A DNA stretch of 63,707 bases, filler included, from Candidatus Hydrogenedentota bacterium (GTDB taxonomy: Bacteria; JBFMHD01): the NCBI GenBank assembly GCA_040752395.1. It is 4 parts of 4 records of this genome, joined end to end, with 100 filler letters (N's around TTAATTAATTAA, not from the genome) between each part and the next. Parts side by side here need not be neighbours in the genome. Positions count along the whole stretch, not along the records: positions 16,611 to 32,976 come from JBFMHD010000040.1; positions 33,077 to 49,431 come from JBFMHD010000041.1; 2 more parts are not named here. One strand, 5' to 3'. How positions within the stretch are numbered: the stretch's first letter is position 1; the number at the start of each line of letters is the position of its first letter. Position numbers and translations under genes: made by a program. Of this stretch, positions 29,231-40,372 are shown in pieces. The notes below the pieces were generated by a model. That model made no database searches. It had not been told where the DNA came from and saw only the letters and a list, made by a program, of their open reading frames with translations.

Positions 29231-31462
29231 GTGGATGAGAAGAGTAAACATTTAGTTATTGTGGAGTCACCTGCAAAAGCAAAGACAATAAATAAGTTTC
29301 TGGGTAACGAGTATTTGGTAACAGCCTGTTTTGGGCATATAAAAGATTTACCGCGAAATGTGATGGGGATTAATATTAATAAAAATTTTGAGCCTCAATA
29401 TATAACAATTCCGGGTAAAGGGAAAATATTGACAGGATTAAAAGCAGAGGCAGGAGAAGCTGATAAAGTATATTTAGCAACTGACCCTGACAGAGAAGGT
29501 GAAACTATTTCATCTCACCTTTATGAAGAACTAAAAAAGATAAACCATACGATTTATAGAATAACTTTTAATGAAATAACAAGAGATGCTATCAAAGAAG
29601 CGATACAAAGACCTGAAAAAATCAATATGAATCTTGTACAGGCAGGCGTTACAAGAAGACAGCTTGATAGACTTGTGGGGTATGAACTCAGCCCATTGTT
29701 ATGGAAAAAAGTTATGAAGGGGTTATCTGCGGGCAGGGTTCAATCCGTGGCACTAAGACTTATATGTGAAAGAGAGAAAGAGATAAAAGATTTTGTTAAG
29801 GAAGAATACTGGAAATTAAGTTTGCAAATTGAAAAAGATGGCAAAACGGTTATATTCTATCTCTGTGACGAAAAAAACAAAGAGGTCTCATTAAAAAACG
29901 AGGATGAATGCAGAAAAATAATCCAGGAATCAATAAATAAAAGATTGATTATAAATAGCATTGAGAAAAAAATAAAATATAAAAATCCTGCACCGCCTTT
30001 TATAACAAGCACTCTCCAGCAGGAAGCAAGTAAAAAATTAAGATTTACAGCAAAAAAGACTATGCTTATAGCACAGAAATTGTATGAAGGTATGGATATC
30101 GGAGATACAACTGTTGGTTTAGTGACTTATATAAGGACTGATTCTGTGAGGGTGAATGAAAAAGCTATATTTAGTGCTCGAAAAAAGATAGAAGAGATGT
30201 TTGGAAACAATTATTTGCCTGAAAAACCAAATTTTTATAGATCAAAAAGGGCTATACAGGATGCACATGAAGCTATAAGACCAACTGACGTTTCACTTAT
30301 TCCTCAGAGGATTGAAAAATATTTAGACAGAGACTCATATAAATTGTACAGGCTTATTTATTACAGGTTTATTGCATCTCAGATGAAAGAGGCTGTGTAT
30401 GAACAAACGAATATTATAGCAAGATGTGGTGATTATCTATATAAAACATCGGGGAGTATACTGAAGTTCGATGGATTTTTAAAATGCTGGTTAACTGATG
30501 AAGACGAAACTGAAGAGATACTGCCTGAATTTAAAGAAGGTGAAGGATATGATGTAAAAGAATTTAAACCCGAACAATATTTTACGCAGCCGCCACCAAG
30601 ATATAATGAAGCAGCACTTATTAAAACACTTGAGGAAAATGGTGTTGGCAGACCTTCTACCTATGCGGTGATTATTTCAACTATCCAGGATAGAAGATAC
30701 GTTAAAAAAGAGAAGGGAAGATTTGTTCCAACTGAACTCGGGATGATGACAAATGAGCTGCTTATTAAATCTTTCCCGGAGATCGTTGATGTTGAATTTA
30801 CTGCAAGACTCGAAGAACAGCTCGATGACATAGAAGAAGGTAAAAAAGAGAGAGTAGCGATACTTAAGAGTTTTTATGATATATTTAAAAAAGATGTTGA
30901 GAAAGCAAAACTTGAAATGCCTGATATTAAAAAAAATTTAGAAAAAAAGACGGATTATAAATGCGAAATCTGTGGCTCTCCAATGGTTGTTAAATGGGGA
31001 AAATATGGTCAATTTCTTGCCTGCTCAAAATTCCCTGATTGCAGGTTTGTTAAATCAATAGTTGAGAAAGAGGACGGCAGTTTTGAGATTGAGAAAGAGG
31101 AGAGATTAGATGAGAAGTGCCCTGAATGCGGAAGAACACTTGTATATAAAAAGAGCCGGTTTGGCAGGTTTGTAGCTTGCTCGGGTTATCCACTATGTAA
31201 ATACACTTCCTCTGAAAAATTAGGGATGAAGTGCCCAATGACAGGATGTGAAGGTGAAATTATTATTATAACAAACAAAAGGGGGAGGATGTATGGCTGT
31301 TCAGAATATCCAGAGTGCCAGTTCAGGTCATATTATAAACCCGTTGATAAAAAATGTGATAAATGTGGTTCTAATATAATGGTAGAAAAAGAATCAAAAA
31401 AAGATGGTAAATATCTTGAATGCATAAATAAAGGGTGTAAGAATAGGGTTATTGCGTTATAG
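29231..31462 (+). CDS. topA: DNA topoisomerase I with C-terminal Zn ribbons
   Basis: VIVESPAKAK, ATDPDREGE, SAGRVQS, TYIRTDS. Confidence 0.97.
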   Translation: MDEKSKHLVIVESPAKAKTINKFLGNEYLVTACFGHIKDLPRNVMGININKNFEPQYITIPGKGKILTGLKAEAGEADKVYLATDPDREGETISSHLYEELKKINHTIYRITFNEITRDAIKEAIQRPEKINMNLVQAGVTRRQLDRLVGYELSPLLWKKVMKGLSAGRVQSVALRLICEREKEIKDFVKEEYWKLSLQIEKDGKTVIFYLCDEKNKEVSLKNEDECRKIIQESINKRLIINSIEKKIKYKNPAPPFITSTLQQEASKKLRFTAKKTMLIAQKLYEGMDIGDTTVGLVTYIRTDSVRVNEKAIFSARKKIEEMFGNNYLPEKPNFYRSKRAIQDAHEAIRPTDVSLIPQRIEKYLDRDSYKLYRLIYYRFIASQMKEAVYEQTNIIARCGDYLYKTSGSILKFDGFLKCWLTDEDETEEILPEFKEGEGYDVKEFKPEQYFTQPPPRYNEAALIKTLEENGVGRPSTYAVIISTIQDRRYVKKEKGRFVPTELGMMTNELLIKSFPEIVDVEFTARLEEQLDDIEEGKKERVAILKSFYDIFKKDVEKAKLEMPDIKKNLEKKTDYKCEICGSPMVVKWGKYGQFLACSKFPDCRFVKSIVEKEDGSFEIEKEERLDEKCPECGRTLVYKKSRFGRFVACSGYPLCKYTSSEKLGMKCPMTGCEGEIIIITNKRGRMYGCSEYPECQFRSYYKPVDKKCDKCGSNIMVEKESKKDGKYLECINKGCKNRVIAL

Positions 31463-31474
31463 CATTATTAAGTT

Positions 31475-32818
31475 ATGGATGAAGGTGCTGTTGTAAACAT
31501 AATTGGTGGTGGGCTTTCAGGAAGTGAGTGTAGCCTACAGCTTGCTTCTCGCCGGATAAAAGTCAAACTCTATGAAATGAGACCAATAAAATCTACAGAA
31601 GCTCATAAGAGCGGATATTTTGCTGAGCTTGTATGTTCGAACTCGTTTAGAAGCGATGAGACCACAACTGCTGTTGGGATATTAAAACAGGAATTAAGAA
31701 CATTAGGAAGTTATCTTCTTAAGGTTGCAGATGAGACAAGGGTTCCTGCAGGTTTAAGTTTAGCTGTAAGTAGAGATGATTTTGCTAAAAAAGTAACTGA
31801 AGAAATAAAATCAAATCCATATATAGAGATTGTGATAAGAGAAGTTGAGAAACTTCCCCAACCGCCAGTTGTAGTTGCTACAGGACCTTTAACATCTGAA
31901 ACATTTTACAAGGAACTCGAAAATATATTCAAGTTTTATGGATTATATTATTATGATGCAACAAGCCCGATTATCAGTGCTGATAGTATAGATTTTAATA
32001 AAGTATTCATGGCTTCACGATATAATAAAGGAACCCCTGACTTTATAAATTGTCCATTAAATAGAGCAAAATACCTTGAGATACTAAACATATTAAGAGA
32101 GGCCCCGACTTTTTTGAAACATAATTTTGATGACGTTCGGTTTTTTGAGGGATGTTTGCCTGTTGAGGTGATGGCAAAGCGCGGGATCGATACATTGAAA
32201 TTTGGGCCATGGAAACCAGTTGGATTAACAGAAAATTCCGAAATAGAAGCAGTAATACAACTTCGTAAAGATGACCTTTATGGTAAAACATTTAATATTG
32301 TTGGATTTCAAACACAACTTTTACATAACTATCAAAAAAAGATAATCAATCTTATCCCGGGACTAGAGAATGCTGAAATTTTAAGATATGGTAGCCTTCA
32401 TAAAAATATTTATATTAATTCACCAAGATTTCTTAATAGAAAGTTTGAGATTAAAGAAAAACGCGGCTTCTGGGTTAGCGGTCAGATAACAGGGGTAGAG
32501 GGTTATGTTGAATCAATAGCTTCAGGATTAGCTACAGCATTGAGTGTATATGCACGACTAAAAAATATAGAATGGGATGGTTTTCCTTCTGAAACTATGA
32601 TAGGTGCCCTTTCTGTATACATAGAGAAAGGTATAGGTGAATTAATATTTCAACCGAGTAACATCCAGTTCGGTTTAGTTCCGCCACTTGCTTCGAGAAC
32701 TAAAAAAAGTGATAAAAAATTAAGATATAAAGAACGTGCAGAAGAATCATTAAAAAAGTTTATAGAAGATAACCCATGGATTTTAAACGATAAAATTACT
32801 TGCCAGAATTTCATATAA
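31475..32818 (+). CDS. trmFO: Folate-dependent tRNA m5U54 methyltransferase
   Basis: GGGLSGSE, AELVCSNS, FFEGCLPVE, GQITGVEGY. Confidence 0.95.
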   Translation: MDEGAVVNIIGGGLSGSECSLQLASRRIKVKLYEMRPIKSTEAHKSGYFAELVCSNSFRSDETTTAVGILKQELRTLGSYLLKVADETRVPAGLSLAVSRDDFAKKVTEEIKSNPYIEIVIREVEKLPQPPVVVATGPLTSETFYKELENIFKFYGLYYYDATSPIISADSIDFNKVFMASRYNKGTPDFINCPLNRAKYLEILNILREAPTFLKHNFDDVRFFEGCLPVEVMAKRGIDTLKFGPWKPVGLTENSEIEAVIQLRKDDLYGKTFNIVGFQTQLLHNYQKKIINLIPGLENAEILRYGSLHKNIYINSPRFLNRKFEIKEKRGFWVSGQITGVEGYVESIASGLATALSVYARLKNIEWDGFPSETMIGALSVYIEKGIGELIFQPSNIQFGLVPPLASRTKKSDKKLRYKERAEESLKKFIEDNPWILNDKITCQNFI

Positions 32819-32864
32819 AGTAATATGTTTGGTTATGATGATATGAAAAAATAAGAAATGAAAG

Positions 32865-32976
32865 TATGAAAAACTAAAGATGATATGAAAAGAGTCGTGA
32901 GTCAAAACAGGACTCGAGACTCAAGACTTTTCAGCAGGCTTTTGGCTTTTGGCTCCAGCCGGCTGTAGTCCGTAGC
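32865..32976 (+). repeat. Mosaic heptamer repeat copy (C, B modules) truncated by the contig end
   Basis: Closely matches modules at 16774-16880 and, reverse-complemented, 23685-23806. Confidence 0.9.
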
Positions 32977-33218
32977 NNNNNNNNNNNNNNNNNNNNNNNN
33001 NNNNNNNNNNNNNNNNNNNNTTAATTAATTAANNNNNNNNNNNNNNNNNNNNNNNNNNNNNNNNNNNNNNNNNNNNAATCTTCTATTTTTTGCAAAACAA
33101 AAATAGAGCAGAGATGTATAAAAAATTAAGGAGGGTGCTTGATGGTGAAATAATTAAGGAGATACAGGATAAATATGAGCCAAAAGTATTAAAAAATTTG
33201 AGAATATAATTCTTTTTG

Positions 33219-33292
33219 TTTCTTGCTCCTTAGCTTCTTTTTTGATACTTCTCACTTCTTACTTCTTGTTTCTTCACCACCTATAACCGAAG
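33219..33292 (+). repeat. Degenerate mosaic repeat copy (ACTTCTT run, CCACCTATAAC module)
   Basis: Shared with 14977-15050 and 34265-34300. Confidence 0.65.
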
Positions 33293-33308
33293 GGGCTACA
33301 CTAAAACT

Positions 33309-34013
33309 ATGCATCGATTTTTTGGTGAAATTATAGACAATACTGCTAAAATTTTAAACCCTGATTATTTTCATTTAAAAAAAGTTCTAAGAGCAAAAAA
33401 TAAAGATAAAATTTTAGTTTTCTCTCCTTTGAATGAGGAATATCTATGCGAGATAAAAGATATAACTAAAACTGAAATTATATGTTCGGTAATAAAAAAG
33501 ATTGAGAAGAAAAAATGTATAGAAACGAATGTCTTTTTTCCACTGATGAAACGTAAAGCTATGGATACTGCTGTTAGAATATGTACTGAATTTGGTGTCT
33601 CTTCTTTTACTCCGATTATTACTGAATGTTCATTGAAAAAATATAATGATATTGATAAAGTTAAAAAACGCTGGATGAATATTCATCGAGAATCAAGAAA
33701 ACAATCAGGCTCAAATATAGATATGATTATGAATAAACCAGATAGAATAGAAAAATTTATTTCTTTTAAAAATATTAACATAGTTCCACAACCGTACACT
33801 GAAACAAAAACAAAGCTTATCTTAAAATCTGATGATAAAATTAACCTATGGTTAGGTCCAGAAGCAGGTTTTTCCGAAAAAGAAATTGAGCTATTTAAAA
33901 AGTATAATTTCATTTTTATAAAAATAGCTGAGACTGTACTAAAAACAGAGACAGCTTTAGCAGCAGGACTCGGGATTATCAGATATTGTGAAATAAATCA
34001 ACAAATAACATAG
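33309..34013 (+). CDS. rsmE: 16S rRNA m3U1498 methyltransferase
   Basis: HLKKVLR, TEFGV, GPEAGFS, LKTETA. Confidence 0.88.
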   Translation: MHRFFGEIIDNTAKILNPDYFHLKKVLRAKNKDKILVFSPLNEEYLCEIKDITKTEIICSVIKKIEKKKCIETNVFFPLMKRKAMDTAVRICTEFGVSSFTPIITECSLKKYNDIDKVKKRWMNIHRESRKQSGSNIDMIMNKPDRIEKFISFKNINIVPQPYTETKTKLILKSDDKINLWLGPEAGFSEKEIELFKKYNFIFIKIAETVLKTETALAAGLGIIRYCEINQQIT

Positions 34014-34151
34014 TTTTGTTGAATTTTTTCAACGTATAATTAAAATTAAATTTATAATTTTAATATTTTCAATCTAATTTATTACGGCATTATTATTGCT
34101 AAACTAAATATTAAAAAAATACGATTATATTAAAAGAGTGGTCATAAGCCC

Positions 34152-34369
34152 TTTTGCGCTCTACACAACGTATGAAAAACTAAAGATGATATGTTGGCTT
34201 CAGGCTCCGGGCTTCGGGCTCCAGCCAGCTGTAGTCCGTAGCCTGTGGCCTGTAGCCTGTCCTGATACTTCTCACTTCCCACTTCTTACTTCTTACTTTT
34301 TTCGTTATCTTGCTTCTTGCCTCTTGCTTCTACTTGATATTATTATAGTTACAATGTTTTTCAGAGGAG
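34152..34369 (+). repeat. Mosaic heptamer repeat copy ending in the RBS module
   Basis: Near mirror image of 46533-46715. Confidence 0.92.
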
Positions 34370-34787
34370 CGATATAATGAGAATCAGGTTTCAAGAAACA
34401 ACCGCAGAAATAAACGGAAATAATAAGAAAAGGGATAAAGATTACGAAGAAAGAATCATATATAAAAGAGTGCCTGCTTTTTTAGGTATAGGCTATAATT
34501 TACAAGCAGTATATACAAAGAATTTCAAGTAACTGACCAGTCGGCCAGTTTTTCGGCNNNNNNNNNNNNNNNNNNNNNNNNNNNNNNNNNNNNNNNNNNN
34601 NNNNNNNNNNNNNNNNNNNNNNNNNNNNNNNNNNNNNNNNNNNNNNNNNNNNNNNNNTTTTTCACAGGTTCACACTTATACGTGGGGAAGAAGTAAAGAA
34701 CACAGAAGATTGATGGGATGTAAAATAGATTAACTTTTCCTTGACTTATAAAATAAGAAATTTAGTATTTTAATACTGGAAGAAAAA

Positions 34788-35387
34788 ATGTTCGAAGCTT
34801 TAGAGAAATTATATAAGAAATCAGGCAGAGTGTATAAACGAGGGAGTGTTATATTTCTTGAAAATGAGATTGGCGACGAGATGTATCTTATTTTAGAGGG
34901 GACGGTTCAGATAAGTAAACAATACAAAGAGTATGAGTTTATCCGCGATGCAAAACTAAAGATAGGATCAGATGTCCAGGTTCTTGCTAATCTTACAAAA
35001 GGTGATTTTTTTGGTGAGATGGCTCTGATTAATAATGAGCCGAGGGCCGCGACAGCTGTTGCTATTGAGGATGTTAAGCTGATTGTTATAAAAAGAGATC
35101 TATTTGAAAAAATAATCAAAGAATCGAAAGAATTATTGTATCAGATATTGAAATCATTAAGTAATAGACTGCGCGAAGCAAATAGATATATGAGAATTAT
35201 ACCACAGGAAGAACAACTCCCTTTAGTAGTCTATAAAACACCAAAAAAGAAAATACTAATCCGCGAAGAAAAAAAGGAATCAGAGACTGATTATAAAAGG
35301 ATTTTGTGTATTTATTGCAAAGCTGATATCGAGAACCGAGATATTTTTTGCTGGAAATGTGGAAAGAAAATTGACACTCTAAAATGA
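34788..35387 (+). CDS. Cyclic-nucleotide-binding (Crp-like) domain plus C-terminal zinc ribbon
   Basis: GDFFGEMAL..EPRAATA; CIYC...FCWKCG. Confidence 0.82.
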   Translation: MFEALEKLYKKSGRVYKRGSVIFLENEIGDEMYLILEGTVQISKQYKEYEFIRDAKLKIGSDVQVLANLTKGDFFGEMALINNEPRAATAVAIEDVKLIVIKRDLFEKIIKESKELLYQILKSLSNRLREANRYMRIIPQEEQLPLVVYKTPKKKILIREEKKESETDYKRILCIYCKADIENRDIFCWKCGKKIDTLK

Positions 35388-36235
35388 AAGAAATAATTAT
35401 CCCCCAAAATTATAATTACATAGCAGTATTTTTGTTTATGGGATGCAATCTTAAATGTGATTATTGTATAAATTATTTCGAGCAGGGGAAGTTTAATAGA
35501 AGATATCTAAATGGCAGGGAGTGGGTAGAGGGATTGAACAGAATAAAAAGCAGACAGGATTTACCACTGACTTTACAGGGTGGAGAACCATCATTACATC
35601 CGGATTTTATATATATAATCAATAATATAAGACAAGATTTAAATATTGATATTCTTACAAACTTGCAATTTGATATTGATAGGTTCATTAAAGAAGTAAA
35701 ACCCCAAAGAATCAAACGTGATGCACCCTATGCTTCCATAAGAGTAAGTTATCATCCCTCACAGATGGAACTACATAATACAATTAATAGAGTCCTAAAA
35801 ATGCAGAACGCTGGCTTCAGTATAGGGATATGGGGAGTAATGCACCCTACTAATCAGGAAACCTTATTAGAGGCGCAAAAGAAGTGTCAGAGATTAGGCA
35901 TTGACTTCAGGTTAAAGGAATTTTTAGGTGATTATAGCGGCAGAACTTATGGAAAATATAAATATCCGGATGCAGTATTAAAAAAAATAAAGAAAAAAGT
36001 TTTATGTAAAACCACTGAGCTGATTATTGGTTCCACAGGCGATATTTATAGATGTCATTCTGATTTATATGAGAACAGGAAACCCATTGGTAATATATTA
36101 GACCCTGAGTTTGAGATTCAGGATATTTACCGTGAATGTGACTTTTATGGACATTGCAACCCATGTGATGTAAAGATTAAAACAAACAGATTCCAGATTT
36201 ATGGCCATACCTCTGTTGATATTAAATTTCTATGA
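35384..36235 (+). CDS. Radical SAM protein with SPASM/Twitch-like tail
   Basis: CNLKCDYC, GGEP, GDIYRC, C-terminal Cys cluster. Confidence 0.85.
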   Translation: MKEIIIPQNYNYIAVFLFMGCNLKCDYCINYFEQGKFNRRYLNGREWVEGLNRIKSRQDLPLTLQGGEPSLHPDFIYIINNIRQDLNIDILTNLQFDIDRFIKEVKPQRIKRDAPYASIRVSYHPSQMELHNTINRVLKMQNAGFSIGIWGVMHPTNQETLLEAQKKCQRLGIDFRLKEFLGDYSGRTYGKYKYPDAVLKKIKKKVLCKTTELIIGSTGDIYRCHSDLYENRKPIGNILDPEFEIQDIYRECDFYGHCNPCDVKIKTNRFQIYGHTSVDIKFL

Positions 36236-38020
36236 CATAAGTTTGAGTGTTGACTGGGATTGTTTTATAGACTGGATTTCCTTGTATCTGCGTCGCTTTG
36301 ATTTTTTCATTGCAAGGATTGAGGTATCAGCTTGAAAAATATAATCTTTATTGATTTCATCAATGAACCCTGATATTTCTGTTTTGACTTTTTTACCATT
36401 ATAGAATCTGTAATCACTTAAGGATAGTATCAAATGCTGTTTAGCACGCGTTATACCAACATAAAATAATCGTCGCTCATCTTCTATATCAGAATAAAGC
36501 GAAGGGATAAAGCCCTCATTACACCCAACAATAAAAACCACAGGATATTCGAGCCCCTTTGAGGCATGTAAAGTACTCAGAGTTATAGCTTCTGCTCGTG
36601 TGTCAAGCTCATCTTCAGAGCGGAACAACATTATCTTATGATATAACTCTTTTACTGCTTTGATACCTTTACTTTTTATACTTCCGGCAATAAACGATAA
36701 TAGATTTACAGTATGGGATACCTCTTCATTATCTTTGTCGAGTTTTAAAAGGCTAACAAAATTATTTATAAAATCTAATGCAGAGATTCCCAGGCAGTCT
36801 GTGCTGGCCGCAGCCCGGAGCGCTGTCGGAACAAAAGTTCCCTCGATTAATTGGATCTCCTTATTATTAGAGATTAACATCCGGATTAAACTTAGAAGCC
36901 TGGTTACATATTTATTATTAGCTAATTTACTGCCACCAATAACCTGATACGGGATACCATTATCTTTAAATATTTTAATTAAAGGGTGTCTCATATTATG
37001 ATAACGATATAAAATTATTATGTCTTTTAAAGAGAATGGCTCTTTTATATCAAGTCCATATTCTTTAATCCCCATAATATTAGAGTTAAATCCAGCTACT
37101 GCGTTTTCTATTATAAAAGCTATATATTCTGCCTCGGTCTTGTCATTTTCCGTATGAAATAATATAATTTTAGTTTTATCTGTTTTTTGTGGTTTGAGTT
37201 CTACATCTAAGTGTTTTTTATTATTCTTAATTAAAGACTGTGAGGTACGAACAATCGAGGCAGATGAACGATAATTGTTATACAGGCAATACGTCTCTGA
37301 AGGGATAAAAATTTTTTTAAAGTTAAGGAAGGTTTCGATCGTGGTACCACGAAACGAATAAATAGACTGGTCAATATCACCGATAGCAAATATAAAAGTA
37401 TTATATCTGCGGACAAAAGTATTCAGCCATTTTATCTGCAGATTTGTTATATCCTGAAATTCATCAACAAGAATATATTTAAATTTGTTCTTATTCATCT
37501 CATTCGCTCTTGAAATCCATAGATAAAGAATATCATCAAAATCATAAAGATTATACTTTTTTAGTAAATTGGTTAAACTCGAATATTTATCCATTGTAAT
37601 TGAATCAACAGACGTATTTTTGATATAAGAGTATTCACTCAAGAATCTGTCTATCTCTTTAGCGGTTAAATCGAGTTTATGGTATCTTGCTATATTTTTC
37701 AAGAGGAGATTATCGCAGATAAAGATATCTTCATCGTTCAGAAGCCGTAAACTAAGAGAATGAAAAGTACCGACCCATAAAACAGCGTTCTGACCCGACT
37801 GAGGGATCGAACCGAGTCTTGAGATTAGTTCGTTAGCTGCCCTGTTTGTGAACGTTACAACCATTATTTGAGAGGATGGTATCCCTGAATTTAATAAAAA
37901 CATTAATCTATAAACCAGGGTTGTGGTTTTACCAGTGCCTGGACCTGCTTGTATCAGAATATGTTGATTAATTGGTAATTCTATAATTTTTGCTTGTTCC
38001 AAAGAAAGATTAAAAGACAT
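36230..38020 (-). CDS. UvrD/PcrA-like SF1 helicase
   Basis: AGPGTGKT, VDEFQD, GDIDQSIYSFRG, TLHASKGLE, ERRLFYVGITRA. Confidence 0.92.
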   Translation of the reverse strand: MSFNLSLEQAKIIELPINQHILIQAGPGTGKTTTLVYRLMFLLNSGIPSSQIMVVTFTNRAANELISRLGSIPQSGQNAVLWVGTFHSLSLRLLNDEDIFICDNLLLKNIARYHKLDLTAKEIDRFLSEYSYIKNTSVDSITMDKYSSLTNLLKKYNLYDFDDILYLWISRANEMNKNKFKYILVDEFQDITNLQIKWLNTFVRRYNTFIFAIGDIDQSIYSFRGTTIETFLNFKKIFIPSETYCLYNNYRSSASIVRTSQSLIKNNKKHLDVELKPQKTDKTKIILFHTENDKTEAEYIAFIIENAVAGFNSNIMGIKEYGLDIKEPFSLKDIIILYRYHNMRHPLIKIFKDNGIPYQVIGGSKLANNKYVTRLLSLIRMLISNNKEIQLIEGTFVPTALRAAASTDCLGISALDFINNFVSLLKLDKDNEEVSHTVNLLSFIAGSIKSKGIKAVKELYHKIMLFRSEDELDTRAEAITLSTLHASKGLEYPVVFIVGCNEGFIPSLYSDIEDERRLFYVGITRAKQHLILSLSDYRFYNGKKVKTEISGFIDEINKDYIFQADTSILAMKKSKRRRYKEIQSIKQSQSTLKLMS

Positions 38021-38095
38021 AAAGTCGAGTACCCAACACCACAACCCCTGAACTCCTGAACTCTTGAACGAGGAGTGCTTCTTAAGATTACAAAG

Positions 38096-39379
38096 TTACA
38101 ACAGCCTCATCTGCTCTGATTTAATTGCATTAATATTTTTAACGCGTATGATACCATATTTACCGTCAAAACCAGGGTTGAGCTCGATATTATAAGAATG
38201 CATATTCTTAACATACTCTAAAACAGGATATTTAATAACAGAATCTTTGATACTTGTATCAAAATCAAGTATCTTTAATTCAGGACCTAAATTCTTTATT
38301 AAATCAAAATATTGATTAGCTACAACTTTCGAAGTTTTGGTTTTACCAAGGAATTGAGAGATGATTTCTTTGAGCGGGATATAACTTTTATAAATCTTTT
38401 TATTTAATTGCTTCTGGTCTACTTTTTTTCTATCAGCAAGCTCAATAACCCTGTGTAATACACCGATAGTTAGTTTACGTTTACATACGGGACAGAGCAG
38501 CTTATTTTTAATAGATTCAAAAGGATGGAGAGCGATATTGCAATTTCTGTGGCCATCATAATGGTATTTACCTTCTTCGGGGAAAAATTCAATGGTACCA
38601 ACTAAGCCATCACCTGTTTTTAAAATATCAAAAATAAGATTATAACTTATATCAGTATTCGATTCAAAGATATTACATTCCCGACCAATATTTTCACAGC
38701 TATGAGCATCAGAGTTTGAGACGAGCTGAAACTTATCAAGCGATGAAACCATCCAGTTCATAGCCGGGTCTGAAGAGAGCCCGGTCTCAATCGCATAGAT
38801 ATGGCGGCTCAGGTCATCGAAACATTCTTCAATAGACCCAAACCCTGAAAATTCACCGAAAACAGAGAAATGAGGGGTCCAGATATGCGCAGGAATGAAG
38901 ATCGAGGAAGGGCAGGTCTCAATCACTATTTTTAAAAGTTCTTTCGAATCAAGACCAAGAATTGGGCGACCATCAGAACGTATGTTCCCAATTCTTTCAA
39001 GTGTTTTTATAAAAGTTTCCGCTGATTTTAGATCAGGCATAAGAATGACGTTATGAACCTTCCTGATCCTGTTATTTTTTCTGTAGATACAGGATATCTC
39101 TGTTGAGAGTATAAATTTAGGATTTAGATGGGAACAGCTTGAAAAGACCTCCTTTCTTATATTCTTTTTTAAATCTTCTCTTAATTCAAATAAACCGTTA
39201 TTATTCTCTACAAGAGATTTTTTTATTTCAGAGAACCACTCAGGGTGCGTAAAATCGCCAGTAGCTATAACGTCGATACCCTTAAGACAGGACCACTTAT
39301 AAATATTAGGGATTGTCATTTCTTTACTGGTTGCTCTTGAAAAAGGGGAGTGTATGTGTAAATCAGCAAGATATCGCAT
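38096..39379 (-). CDS. Endonuclease Q family PHP-domain protein
   Basis: ADLHIHS, TGDFTHP, PAHIWTP, ETGLSSD, SNSDAHS, GKYHYDGHR.C, CPVC; start at MRYLADLH. Confidence 0.88.
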   Translation of the reverse strand: MRYLADLHIHSPFSRATSKEMTIPNIYKWSCLKGIDVIATGDFTHPEWFSEIKKSLVENNNGLFELREDLKKNIRKEVFSSCSHLNPKFILSTEISCIYRKNNRIRKVHNVILMPDLKSAETFIKTLERIGNIRSDGRPILGLDSKELLKIVIETCPSSIFIPAHIWTPHFSVFGEFSGFGSIEECFDDLSRHIYAIETGLSSDPAMNWMVSSLDKFQLVSNSDAHSCENIGRECNIFESNTDISYNLIFDILKTGDGLVGTIEFFPEEGKYHYDGHRNCNIALHPFESIKNKLLCPVCKRKLTIGVLHRVIELADRKKVDQKQLNKKIYKSYIPLKEIISQFLGKTKTSKVVANQYFDLIKNLGPELKILDFDTSIKDSVIKYPVLEYVKNMHSYNIELNPGFDGKYGIIRVKNINAIKSEQMRLL

Positions 39380-39380
39380 A

Positions 39381-40367
39381 CTATTCTTTTCCGAGAAGTA
39401 TTTTGTTAACGAGTTCTTCAAAACCAGCCAGGGTCTCTTTTATTTTCTTTTCCGTGTTGACTATTTCAGCATCGAGCTTTTTAGAAAATTCATTAAATAG
39501 TTCATTCTTTGTTTTTAATTTAAAATTTTCAATACTCTCTTTTATCTCATTAGTAAATTTATCTATATCTAATTCTTTTTGTTTGTAATAATTATCAGTA
39601 TTCTGTTGAAAATTTAAGAACTTATCCTCGAGGATTTTATTCAGTCTTGTTTCGAAACCAGTCACTCTATTTAAAAACTCTTTTTCAAGAGATACTTTAA
39701 TGTTAGTCAGATATTCATTTATACGAACAATACTATCAGTGACAGCCTGATTTATTCTTGTAGTAAGTTCTTTGAGGTTTTCAGTCTGGTTTCTTGTTAT
39801 TCTTTCCTGTAACGAATTAAAGGCTGCCTCGAAATTTAGCCTGTTTGCCTCGAAATCTGAAATGGTTTTACTTGTAAAATTTTTGAAATCATTGTTTATT
39901 TGTGATTTAAATTTATCGTGGTCTAAAAGAGCTTCTTTTTTATAATCATTAAATAATGTTAGAATGTTTTTTAGGCCGTTTTCGAACTCTGCTTTATATG
40001 AATTCTGTAATTTTTCAAACCATATGTTTGCATTATGAATAAACTTGTCCAGTTCTGTTTGAACAGATGTTATGAACTTTGATTGAGTGGTTTTTAATGA
40101 GGTTTCTTCTTTCTGAAATTGTGTCGCTATGTTATTAATAGCGACCTGTAATCGGGTCTCGATGATACTTTGTAGATGAGCCCCGCTTTTATCGAATTCG
40201 ACAACTATCTCCTGTTTAACTGAATCGATTATCCTGTTGGCAATTTTCTGATAGACAGGAATTGCAGAAGGGTTTTTTATTTTCTTTTTACAAGAAGGAC
40301 AGATACCTGTTCTTATTGTAGTTTTTGTTGTAAGTGGGGTTGAGCAGAAAGGGCAGATGAATTTCAT
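39381..40367 (-). CDS. Zn-ribbon plus long amphipathic coiled-coil protein
   Basis: CPFC..CPSC N-terminus and helical repeat body. Confidence 0.65.
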   Translation of the reverse strand: MKFICPFCSTPLTTKTTIRTGICPSCKKKIKNPSAIPVYQKIANRIIDSVKQEIVVEFDKSGAHLQSIIETRLQVAINNIATQFQKEETSLKTTQSKFITSVQTELDKFIHNANIWFEKLQNSYKAEFENGLKNILTLFNDYKKEALLDHDKFKSQINNDFKNFTSKTISDFEANRLNFEAAFNSLQERITRNQTENLKELTTRINQAVTDSIVRINEYLTNIKVSLEKEFLNRVTGFETRLNKILEDKFLNFQQNTDNYYKQKELDIDKFTNEIKESIENFKLKTKNELFNEFSKKLDAEIVNTEKKIKETLAGFEELVNKILLGKE

Positions 40368-40372
40368 AGATA

